DNA of 64,000 nucleotides from Asaia bogorensis (GTDB lineage Bacteria; Pseudomonadota; Alphaproteobacteria; Acetobacterales; Acetobacteraceae): NCBI GenBank assembly GCA_945861095.1, contig CAMATI010000001.1, positions 3,131 to 67,130 of the forward strand, read 5' to 3'. Shown piece by piece: positions 55,701 to 62,700 of this stretch (position 1 is its first letter; each line of letters starts with the position of its first letter). The notes under the pieces were generated by a model. It saw only the letters and a program-made list of their open reading frames with translations, ran no database searches and was not told where the DNA came from. The position numbers and the translations under genes were made by a program.

Positions 55701-58700
55701 GCGAGGCGGTTGCCGAACTGTCAGCGGACCTTTCCGGAGATGGGTGGCCACCCAACATTCTGGACGCGGCGTTCCAGTTGACGTTTGCGCTGACGGAAGA
55801 CGGCGGCGGACTGGCGCCCTTCACGATCGACCGGATCGCCGTGTTCGGACCGCTCACGTCCGCCACCCATGTTGTCGGTTCGCGGCGCGAATCCGGACCA
55901 GGGTTCGTCCGCCTGGACCTTTGGTTGACCGATGCCGATGGAGCGATCCTGCTTGCCGTGGATGGTTTCGTTGCGCGCTCAACGCCCGCCGCGTCACCGT
56001 TGCGGCTGTTGCGTCCCACTTGGGCGCGGACCATGACCAGGACCTTTGCACCGGAGGGTCGGGCGGTCATCGTCTGTCGCGACGCGGATAGCTACCTAGG
56101 ATCGGCGCTGCGCGATGCCTGGCCGAACGGCGGCGCAACGCTGACGGACCGGCTGCCCGATGCAGTCGACACAGAGCAGGTGTGGTATCTGGCGAGAGTG
56201 GACGCCGCAGGTTCGGAAATAGAAGCCGTTGTTGCGCTCTCCGAGTTCGTGCAGATACTTTCCCTACAACCCACCCCCCCATCGGTGACGGTGGTAACCG
56301 TGCGAGGAAACGCGGTTCTGCCCGGGGAAGTTCCAAACCCCGCCGCCGCCGCCGTCGGTGCTTTCGCGAAATCCGTCGCACGTGAGCACCCCGAGTTCCG
56401 GATGCGGATCATCGACGCCGATCCCGGATCGTCTGCCGCCGAACTGCTGCGTTTGCCGCCCACGGAGGGCGAAGTCGCACTGCGCGACGGGCAGACCTGG
56501 AACAAGAGCCTGACCGAAACGACCTTGCCCACGCCAGCGACGTCCCCTTGGCGGCGCAACGGCACCTACCTGATCGCTGGCGGTGCGGGCGGCATTGGCC
56601 TGGCCCTGGCGGAACATTTGGTGCGGCAGCAAGCCGCCAGAGTCGCAATCCTGGGTCGGCGCCCCGTGGACCAGACCCTGCGGGAGCGGCTGGATCGGCT
56701 CGGTGACGAGGTCCTGTATCTACAGGCGGACATCACCGATGTTGACGCTCTTACGTCGGCGGTCGGCGTTGTGAAAGCACGCTTCGGGGCAATCAACGGG
56801 GCCTTTCATCTGGCGTTGGCGATGCACGATGCGCGTGCGGTCACATTGACACCGGAACAGATCGCGGCCGTGATGGCGCCCAAGACCGACGGCGTGCGCA
56901 ACCTGATTTCGGCCTTGCAGGGATCCGACCTCGATGCCTTGATGTTGTTCTCTTCGTCGAACGCCCACACCACCAATCCTGGCCAGAGCGCCTACGCGGC
57001 GGCCAGTGCCGCGGAAGACGCGATCGGACTGCAACCCGCGCCCTGGCCGGTGAAAATCATCGACTGGGGCTTCTGGGGTGAGGTCGGACGCGTCGCCACG
57101 CCAGAGTATCGCGCGTCCCTGGCCCGTATCGGCGTCCATCCCATCAGCACGCGGGAGGGTTTGGACATCGTCGAACGGATGCTGCACGCGCCGGTGTCGC
57201 AGATCGTTCCGCTCCGCATCTCCGACGCCGTGGCCCGCGCGCTGGGTGTCAAGCAACCCGGGATGATCGATGTCATCGCGGACGCCGTGGCCGGCCGAGC
57301 GGCATTGGCCGCGCCGATGTTGGCGGCGGCAAGTGGATCGTTTGCGGCGATGGACAGCTATGCCGCGGGGCTTCTGTTGCTCGCGCTTCAGGACATGGGC
57401 GCATTCCGTCATGTGGGTGAAACAGTTGGCCCCGATTTCGCCGAGCGGTTTGGGATCCAAGGACGATACTCGGGTTTGCAGGCGGCATTTTTCGATATAC
57501 TTGGTCGAGCGGGATACCTGACCGGCGCCGGCGACGACCGCTCGGTCACCGACCGCGCCGTCACCCCGGCGGGGGATCGGCGGGCTGCTCTGGAACGGCA
57601 ACGAACACAATGGATCGCGACGCAACCGGAAGTCGCCCCGTATCTCGATCTTCTGGAGATCTGTCATTCTCGGTTGAGCGACGTTCTGCTCGGTCGCGTG
57701 GATGCAAACGACGTGCTGTTTCCGGGGGGCGGGACGGATCTGGTGGAGCCGATCTATCGCGGCAATCAGGTCATCGACCATTTCCAGTCGGTGGTTGCCG
57801 AAGCCACCGTGGCAGCCATACGCCAATGCCTGCAATCCCTGCCGCCGGACGGCAAATTGCGGGTCCTGGAGATCGGCGCGGGGACCGGCGGGACCAGCGC
57901 CTTCGTGATTGCCGCGCTCGCCCAGTTTGCGTCCAGGATTTCCTACGTCTTCACCGATATCGGGCCCGCCTTCCTGGACGCGGCCCGTCAGCGTTTTGGC
58001 CAGTATCCGTTCGTCTCCTTCGAGCATCTCGATATCGAGAAATCGCCCGTAAGTCAGGGCTTCGATGCCAATGGTTTCGATATCGTCATCGCTGCCAACG
58101 TGTTGCACGCGACCAGAAGCCTGGACACCACGGTGGCGCATGTCCGGTCCCTGTGTCGCAAGGGCGGGGTTCTGCTGGTGAACGAGGCGACAATGCGCCA
58201 GGACTTCAATACGATGACCTTCGGCCTGACACGCGGATGGTGGCTGTTCGCGGATGCCGACCGACGGATCCCGCATGCCCCTCTGCTGGATGCCGCCACC
58301 TGGGAGGATTTGCTGGACCAGCACGGCTTCGGTGACATCCGTATCCTCAGCGGTGGACCGGGCGCACTGCAATCCGTGATCGCCGCCGTAGGTGACGGCG
58401 CCACCGCGTCCGTTGTCGGGCCTGCGGCAAGACCGGCAGCGGCGCCATCCGCCGATGGCAGCAAGCTCGAAGACCGCTTGCGTGAAACGGTCGCGCGGTC
58501 GTTGCGCCTGTCGGCCGAGGAGGTTGAGCCGGAAACCAGTTTCGCGGAGTATGGCGCGGATTCCATCATCAGCGTCGATCTGGTGCGCGAAATCAACCTC
58601 GCGCTGGGGATCGAATTGAAGACCACCGCCCTGTTCAACTATTCGACGGTTCGAACCTTGGCGTCCTATATCGCAACCGAATACGCGGACAGGTTCATCC

Positions 58701-58945
58701 CCGCCGAAGCGGAAAGGCCCAAGCCGGTCAGCCGCGTGCGGGAAAGGTCGGAGCGGCTGCGGGAAATCATCCGCAAGCGGCGGGACAGCGTGACATTCGC
58801 GACCACACCTGACACACCACCACCGACCATCGCGCCGGCCCCACCGATACGGGATCATGACCCAACCCTGCTGGAATTGTTGCAGCGGCTGCAGGCCGGC
58901 AAGATAGACGTGAACCAGGCATTGGCGGAGACCGGAAATGATTAG
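43739..58945 (+). CDS. trans-AT PKS 5: ACP-KS-DH-KR-cMT-ACP-KS-DH-KR-ACP-KS-DH-KR-cMT-ACP-docking domain
   Basis: Start moved to ATG 43739 (ATGA overlap). ACPs GLNSL, GVDSI, GIDSM, GADSI; KS10-12 DTACSAS, DTGCSSS, DTACSSS with both His; DH His motifs HVIGG, HVIRS, HRLGG; KRs GGMGRVG, GGAGAIG, GGAGGIG; cMTs VLEVGAGTGA and VLEIGAGTGG. Confidence 0.92.
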   Translation: MITYAQKLQTLRRRPNPVSPGVAGPRDRMLDLLTNTLGVPNDQVSATTSFAELGLNSLLAVRFLDAVNRAFHLKLGVEVLFAHGSVSSLADHVAALTPVPLPVQSGASTSAVNDDIAIIGMAGRFPGAPNLELFWQALADGRNLVREVPADRWAAAEFYDPDPSAVGKTVSKWAGFLDDIDRFDASFFNISPREAAAIDPQHRLFLEQAWLAFENAGYTPERLAGTATGVYVGGSGSGYETMLLPDAKASQSYGLTGNLVSLLASRIAYFLDLRGPALVVDTACSASLVALDLACQALQRGEIGMALVGGVSLFLDEKPFLAMTRTGMLSPDGRCHTFDSSANGIAVGEAAAALVLKPLAQALADGDRIDAVIKASGTNQDGRSNGITAPNPLAQEALLRAVHARAGIDPATITYIEAHGTGTPLGDPIEIAALRSALGDRPVDAEPCAIGTVKSNIGHTAEVAGLAGLIKTVLCLRHGELVPSINFTSLNPKIDFGASGLSVVTSRRPWVTARNAPRRAAVSAFGLSGTNAHVVLQAPPDSPSAVLDPRPMPLLLSARDADALVRRAGELADWLSGSGAGTSLADVAATLARGRSHYDHRLALVATSTADAAGRLANGTYPTRVAGRDRPSSAPVASRADDMARAYLDGATPDWPEFGPSARANLDLPGYPFTRTVHWAARRPTRPQASHPFADANDPTAVSHRFTANDPVVRDHVIGGVPLLHGAIFLEMARMAGSRKSGSDVTGLRSVAWEQTVEVPENGLTVRIDTVSSAPGLACSMFAENRDKPAARCDVVFTPPPTPPSIDVKSVKASADRHATRHDLDALDRGPVRLGPSFAGFDALWLGGDAALAWVAPINAADGCGFPPRLMDAAIQTAAALLARNDGATLRLRYPSTVASIDMIGPAPRDGCHILARQTGTDRVDITIADTDGTPRIQWVGFEMRTAVHRGATGETPSARTLRPVWIATNQEPGDLRQPDAIFGDADLADRVAAGTSIVPVAINNLHDITRVAAGLRDGARIVWIDDGTGAVDGLLHLTKRLAANGLDQSSVELRLVTTNVHRVTGQENGSNPHGAVVQGLAKAIGREFPTWRVILLDIDGALPDPRSTVLQAEPTLDGEPAAWRNGIRYERVLEPIDSGRHEQPLRHGGTYLLIGGMGRVGREIARHLASRYAANLILLGRSAFNPDRLKFLDELRALGSDAEYRQVDITEPSVLTPVITTAKARFGALHGVIHAVVDPLFARLERTDEAAFASALRPKVLGLTELATATMREALDFLAIFSSIGAYACFPGNVGQASYCAACCFEDAFAAQLHGAGRKVRLIQWGLWDNEAFAGDGLKRLQRQGTYPMRAADAVDAFERILAGVDSHVVHASLSEPVWQSMGAVATAGRLFTETASALLGYGRNAEREDASLHLLVDAYGRELVERVMRQQGWGEDRIGRDAWCARWKVLPRYHRLLDGLLDMLQRPHSPAPTRAELLSRAPSLREPLELLELCTAALPDVISGERQGTDVLFPGGSMQRVEAIYRNQPVLAACSAMLAAAVAAARPLRVLEVGAGTGATADAVLAAMPAGFVFEYHFTDVSAGFVRHARQRRNDPRLRFGVLDIEQSATAQGFDAGGFDLVIATNVLHATRDINETLRHIEALLKPGGMLLINEMTVAEDFATLTFGLLDGWWRARDQNTRLPHSPLLDVQGWRRELNRAGFGNVTAAAAPGFEDVQTCPQVVLLAAKAALRPTVSIPRPDTGAAPNITTHVATAAGGVEALVRGLVAAGLDLEPDAIDPDAPFGDLGVDSIVAPQIAEDINRAAGISLRSTDLYNFATVRALTSHITENFPDCAINLSPPPMALPLPTPANPTPHSVAGVAPVQPRAIDAIIPDRAVAIVGMAGRFPDAPNVDAFWRNIAAGRSAVREVDRFDLAPHFSPERGQSGKTYAKWAALLDDHDRFDPLFFAISPAEAEAMDPQQRLLLQEAWHALEDAGATPQSLDATRCGVFVGASANSYQSPASPSLQTLGGSMAILSARLSYFLNLKGPTFPIDTGCSSSLVALHLACQSLRLGESDMAIAAGVSCNLLSPPIFFYLSDAGMASAEGLCKTFDDTADGFVPGEGVGVVVLKRLADAVRDGDRIHAVVLATGINQDGKTSGLTAPSATSQTELERAVYQQAGINPATIGLVEAHGTGTRLGDPIEVAALTDAFSGYTSERGFCALGSVKTNIGHAMAAAGIAGLLKAVQALRHRTLPASLNFTTANRHIDFGNSPFVVNTQTRPWTSADKRRAAVSSFGFSGTNAHVVLEEGPAAPPDGSVSGPFLFVVSGRTASALERRVLDLVDWLQAEPGASAANVAYTLAVRRTHFRFRRAFIAHSLSDLATWLGRDEVAADAPAGLRDLANRYMAGETVDFGSMQGRLVSLPGYPFERERFWNPATTAPPVRPGLGDQVAGWLTRDHVIRSRRLLPGAAFLELARAAAAGAGSACSMRDICWSTPVDATDGASGLMLDTDRVADGLRCTLRTDDVTHATAVVVPIDRDRPARLDLVGVAARCPNVVDGAGVYSTADQHGFHYGAGYRVITQVRVGDNEALARLVLSHPDAAGWVLHPALLDGALQTAACIGLGQNDRPALAYVPFALAEFDAHAPLTSTCHVHARLTGSNAALLTFDIAICADDGSVLASFRSLQARVLASPATAETLLYTPDWVSAPAVFSADGAGAVLALASDTTISTLRDIFPGRRIVQVRAADAYALISRDCFAVNPSRTEDFQQLLIDAAVGANSVIAHLWTLDEAAPGRAATLGSAIENLDPDTGMRALFLATQAALRSPEAGVSRVVHVSPPSPGFSAAAAFARTVNLESSTISCRAIAVTPDGDVGWVNELDASDKVAEVLYADGARRVRTLRPWIPVAALPLHAGSVLVITGGAGAIGLTIARHLARTSRPRIALLGRTPLNDQQQEALEGIEAEGAEILHLTADVTSGSALRAALDKVRRRFGPINAVIHAAGILRDTRISSQELADFDAVMAPKLIGAIALDHLTRNDPLGVFAVFSSTAATFGSAGQAAYAAANGFLEGFAEWRTQHNRPGRTVAISWPLWETGGMAPPPEVVGELDRKMGMTPMPDQAALAAFDSALAANDARVIALHGRGSTLRRFVDVSPSQAAEPPTLDWPALPTDSDLRDRIEAHLRSILSGVTKLAPDRIEAEERFESYGIDSMMIVRMNQQLEEDFGDLPKTLFFEYQTVRDLAERLILSHRGALARRFGTRPAASIASDDPQAPPLPAITPMAPATDDAVAIIGISGIYPMARDLDQFWHNLRAGRDCIVEIPPDRWALDGFYDPNRERPETSYSKWGGFIDGVDKFDARFFNISPREADALDPQTRKFLEVAWATMEDAGLTRETLFRREADPTQRLAGVFVGVMYGDYQLFGPEEAARGNLIAPNAAYWNVANRVSHFLDLHGPSMAIDTACSSSLSALHMACAALRNGDCTVAFAGGVNVTVHPSKHWILSKSGFASSDGRCRSFGEGGDGYVPGEGVGAVLLKPLTRAIADGDRIHAVIRSSALNHGGRTNGYTVPNPVAQGNLIAAAMNRGGVTPDSISYVEAHGTGTSLGDPVEIAGLARAFAGATPASCAIGSVKSNIGHLESAAGIAALTKVVLQMRHDTLAGSLHSESLNPNLDLSATPFFVQHESAPWPRQPGGLRRAGISSFGAGGANAHLIIEDAPLPPAQAQPSAEPLIVPLSGATRDALTEQAVRLADWLEEANPAADFASVVRTLQVGREPMRHRHAFRATTSKNLIEQLRRFANGLSSSTAVVPNWVDGGKIDWDAQAPGPRRLVSLPTYPFAQRRCWVTLTGRTSPAIAGPQTVSCATDDPLVHDHRLGGETILSGAFLLESARRTGSESLNATITGISDIRFVRPVAPSMSPKVTVGPDGAFAVRVGESEHATGHLLTDRQELSSDTADLDAIIARCSARIDHNTVYTALAAGGAQYGAAYRLIDAVWRGQGEAVAELSADLSGDGWPPNILDAAFQLTFALTEDGGGLAPFTIDRIAVFGPLTSATHVVGSRRESGPGFVRLDLWLTDADGAILLAVDGFVARSTPAASPLRLLRPTWARTMTRTFAPEGRAVIVCRDADSYLGSALRDAWPNGGATLTDRLPDAVDTEQVWYLARVDAAGSEIEAVVALSEFVQILSLQPTPPSVTVVTVRGNAVLPGEVPNPAAAAVGAFAKSVAREHPEFRMRIIDADPGSSAAELLRLPPTEGEVALRDGQTWNKSLTETTLPTPATSPWRRNGTYLIAGGAGGIGLALAEHLVRQQAARVAILGRRPVDQTLRERLDRLGDEVLYLQADITDVDALTSAVGVVKARFGAINGAFHLALAMHDARAVTLTPEQIAAVMAPKTDGVRNLISALQGSDLDALMLFSSSNAHTTNPGQSAYAAASAAEDAIGLQPAPWPVKIIDWGFWGEVGRVATPEYRASLARIGVHPISTREGLDIVERMLHAPVSQIVPLRISDAVARALGVKQPGMIDVIADAVAGRAALAAPMLAAASGSFAAMDSYAAGLLLLALQDMGAFRHVGETVGPDFAERFGIQGRYSGLQAAFFDILGRAGYLTGAGDDRSVTDRAVTPAGDRRAALERQRTQWIATQPEVAPYLDLLEICHSRLSDVLLGRVDANDVLFPGGGTDLVEPIYRGNQVIDHFQSVVAEATVAAIRQCLQSLPPDGKLRVLEIGAGTGGTSAFVIAALAQFASRISYVFTDIGPAFLDAARQRFGQYPFVSFEHLDIEKSPVSQGFDANGFDIVIAANVLHATRSLDTTVAHVRSLCRKGGVLLVNEATMRQDFNTMTFGLTRGWWLFADADRRIPHAPLLDAATWEDLLDQHGFGDIRILSGGPGALQSVIAAVGDGATASVVGPAARPAAAPSADGSKLEDRLRETVARSLRLSAEEVEPETSFAEYGADSIISVDLVREINLALGIELKTTALFNYSTVRTLASYIATEYADRFIPAEAERPKPVSRVRERSERLREIIRKRRDSVTFATTPDTPPPTIAPAPPIRDHDPTLLELLQRLQAGKIDVNQALAETGND

Positions 58946-59744
58946 CCGTTATTTTGCGCCCGACCTGTTTCGTGGGCGGACGGTCTTCGTGACCGGCGGG
59001 GCCGGCACCATCAACGCCGGAATCGCAAGGGGTTTCGCCGAACTCGGAGCGAGGGTCGCCCTGGCCGGACGCACCATGGCGAGTCTCGAAAGCGCCGCCG
59101 CTGAAATCCGCGCGCTTGGCGCCGAGGCCCTCGCGCTGCAAGCCGACGTACAGGAGATCGAAACGCTGGAAGCAGCCCTTGCGACGACGGAACGGACGCT
59201 TGGCAAGGTCGATGTCCTGATCTGTGGAGCGGCCGCCAATTTCCCCGCGCCCGCGGAACAGATGTCGGCCGAGGGTTTCCGCAAGGTGATTTCCGTCGAT
59301 CTGCTAGGCTCCTTCAACGCCTCCCGCGCGGCGTTCACGCAGTTGAAGGCCACGCGCGGCAATATCGTGTTCGTATCGGCGACCAACGCGATCATGCCGT
59401 TCGCGTTTCAATCCCATGTCGGCGCCGCCAAGGCCGGGATCGACAGCCTGATGCGCGGCCTGGCCCTCGAATGGGGCAAGTACGGCATTCGCTGCAACAG
59501 CGTGTTGCCCGGCCCGATTGAAAAGACAGAGGGTCTGCGCCGTCTCCTCACCGAACAGGACATCGCCGAACTGCGCAGCTACGTTCCGCTGGGTCGGTTT
59601 GGAACGATCGAGGATGTGGCTGCGGTCTGCTGCTTCCTTGCCTCTCCGTTGGCGTCGCTGCTGACGGGGGTGTCCCTGGTCGCAGACGGCGGTCAGTCCT
59701 TTTCCGGTTCGGCCATGCTTGCCGAACTGATGATGAACCCTTGA
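58938..59744 (+). CDS. Short-chain dehydrogenase/reductase resembling peroxisomal-type 2,4-dienoyl-CoA reductases
   Basis: 268 aa. TGGAGTIN nucleotide-binding motif, GAAANFPAPAE, active-site segment QSHVGAAKAG (His where classical SDRs have Tyr), EWGKYGIRCNSVLPGPI, PLGRFG, VADGG. SDR fold is certain; subfamily is from recalled motifs. Confidence 0.75.
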   Translation: MISRYFAPDLFRGRTVFVTGGAGTINAGIARGFAELGARVALAGRTMASLESAAAEIRALGAEALALQADVQEIETLEAALATTERTLGKVDVLICGAAANFPAPAEQMSAEGFRKVISVDLLGSFNASRAAFTQLKATRGNIVFVSATNAIMPFAFQSHVGAAKAGIDSLMRGLALEWGKYGIRCNSVLPGPIEKTEGLRRLLTEQDIAELRSYVPLGRFGTIEDVAAVCCFLASPLASLLTGVSLVADGGQSFSGSAMLAELMMNP

Positions 59745-59754
59745 GGTGAGCCAG

Positions 59755-62700
59755 ATGCGCGAAACCGACCCGTTGCGTCGGCTGGTCTTCCAGATGGTGG
59801 CCGACGGCGAACTCGCTGCCGAAGCCGCCATGGCACTGCTGCGGCGCACGAAAGACCTGGCCCCGACCCCCTCCCAGGCGTCGACCCGAGACATTGCCGT
59901 CGTAGGCATGGCCGGTCGGTTTGGTAACGCACCGGATCTGGAAACCTATTGGCACCTGCTGGAAACCGGCGGGAACTGCCTCGTCGAAATGCCTACGCGC
60001 CGCTGGCCCACCATGACCGGCCAGCGGCGGCGCGGCGGCTTCCTGCCGGACGAAGACCAGTTCGACCCGCTGTTTTTCCGCATCTCCCCGACCGAGGCGG
60101 CGATGATGGACCCGCAGCAGCGGTTGTTCCTGGAAACCGCGTTTCATGCCCTGGAAGACGCCGGATACGCCGAACCTACCCTGTCGGGCAGCCGCTGCGG
60201 GGTCTTCGTGGGCGCCGGCGCCGGTGATTACGCGCAACGGTTTCGCGACGCCGGGCTGGAGTCCAATCCGCTCGGTCTGATGGGCAACGTGACGTCGATC
60301 CTGGCCGCGCGCATCAGCTATTTCCTCAACCTGAAAGGCCCGAGTGTCGCCTTGGACACGGCGTGTTCGTCGTCGCTCGTGGCCGTGCATCTGGCCTGCG
60401 AGAGCCTGCTGGCCGGCACCTGCGACATGGCACTGGCAGGTGGCGTCGCGGTGATCAGCACGCCGCAATTCATCGGCGCGATGGTCGAAGGTGGGATGCT
60501 GTCGCCGAACGACCGCTGCGCCAGTTTCGATGCGGCCGCGGATGGGTTTGTCTGCGGCGAAGGCGCCGGTGTCGTCGTTCTGAAGCGTCTGGCGGACGCG
60601 GAGCGCGATGGTGATTTCGTTCATGGCGTTATTCGCGGCAGCGCCATCAACCAGGATGGGCGCACCAATGGCATCACCGCCCCCAGCGCGCCGTCCCAGG
60701 CGGCGCTGGAGGCGGAACTGTACGAACGTATAGGCACCGCACCCGACACCCTTACCTACATAGAAACCCACGGTACCGGCACCCCACTCGGCGATCCGAT
60801 CGAGGTAGAAGCTCTGACATCCGCTTTTCGTCGTTCTACGAAACGAGTTGGATTTTGCTCGCTGGGTTCGGCCAAGGCCAATATCGGCCACGCGCTGACC
60901 GCCGCGGGAATCGCCGGATTGCTGAAGCTGCTGTTGATGCTGCGCCATCGTCGTATCCCGCCGATGGCCGGCTTCAACGCCCCAAACCCGCGGATCGATT
61001 TCGCGTCCAGTCCGTTCACCGTGCCGACATCCGCCAGCGATTGGAACCCGGCCGGCCCCCGACGCGCCGCCGTCAGTTCGTTCGGATTCAGCGGCACCAA
61101 CGCCCATGTGGTGGTGGAACAAGCCCCGGAACGCGCACCGCGGCGGCCCGCGCCCGGACCGTTCCTGTTCCTGCTGTCGGCGCGTGGCCCGGACGCGTTG
61201 CGCACACGCGCCGTCGAACTCGCGGAACATCTTTCCAGGAGTGGTCTCGACCCTGACGATGCCGCCTTCACGCTCGCAGTCGGACGCGACCATTACCCGC
61301 ACCGACTCGCGATCGTTGCGGATGATACGGTGCAGTTGCGGGCCAGGCTGCAACGCTGGGCAGCGGGAGATCGCGATCCGTCCTGCCTTTCCGGCGAAGC
61401 CCGACCCGACGGCCCCGGCCCGGCGCTCCTCGCGCTTGGCGAGCAGGTCGCGCGGGAACCGGTGACCCACGACCGATTGCGCATCCTGGCCGACCTCTAC
61501 GTGCAGGGCTCGGCCGTGCATCGCAATTGGCAGGGCGCCGGGCGCCGCACGCCGCTGCCGGTTTATCCGTTCGAACGCGTCCCCTGCGGGATGCCGATCG
61601 CGGCGCCTGCTGTCGTTCCGGGACCATCAACCGAACCGGACGTCTTCCAGGCCCTCCATGGCGCGCTATCCGCACCCACCGGACCAGACCTGGCCATGCA
61701 GGCCGAGGCTTTTCGCGGCATGGAAACCTGGGGCAGGCAGGCACTGGCCGGCGCTTACGCGACCATGGGATTGTTCCACCGGCACGTCCATACGGTCGCC
61801 GGACTGCGCAAGGCGCTGGCGATAGCAGAACCGAAGCGTCGCCTGCATGATGCGTTGATAGACATGCTTGTACGCGACAACATCCTGTTGCGAGAGGGTG
61901 ATTTGCTGCGCGCGGTGGCGCCGCCGAGGGGCACCGATTTGTCCGCTGAACGTCGACGTCTGGCGGCGGAACAGCCGGAACTGGCACCCTTTCTGACATT
62001 GTTGTCGACTTGTATCGATGGCCTGCCGAAACTGCTGACCGGACAAGTCACCGCGACCGAGATTCTGTTCCCCGACGGCCGCATGGATCTTGTGGAACCG
62101 GTCTACAAAGGCAACCGTCTCGCCGACCATTTCAACGGTCTGTTGGCGGGCGGTGTTGCGCTGCTCGCCGAACGCCGCGGTGGGCCAGTGAAGGTGCTGG
62201 AAGTGGGCGCCGGCACGGGCGGCGCGACGACCGCCATCCTGCGGACATTGAACGCCACGAAAGCGGAAATCGAATATCACTTCACCGATATTTCGGCGGG
62301 CTTCGTCGCCGCCGGCCGCCAGAATTTTGGCACGCGGCATGATGTCTTGCGGTTCGCCACGCTGGACATCGAACGCGATCCCACGCAGCAGGGCTTCGCC
62401 CCCGGCTCCTTCGATATCATCGTTGCCTCCAACGTCCTGCATGCCTCACGCGATATCGCGGTCGCTTTGGACCATGTTGCCCAACTGTTACGTCCCGGCG
62501 GATTCCTGCTGCTGAACGAGGTGACGGCGTTGCAGGACTACGCCACCTTGACCTTCGGCCTGACCGACGGCTGGTGGGCGTTCCAGGACGCATCCCGCCG
62601 TATCGACAATGCGCCATTGCTGGACGTCGCCTTGTGGCGCCAGGCGCTGACCGACGCGGGCTTCCCCCGCATGACCGCGTTCGGCCTGCCAGGGGAAACC

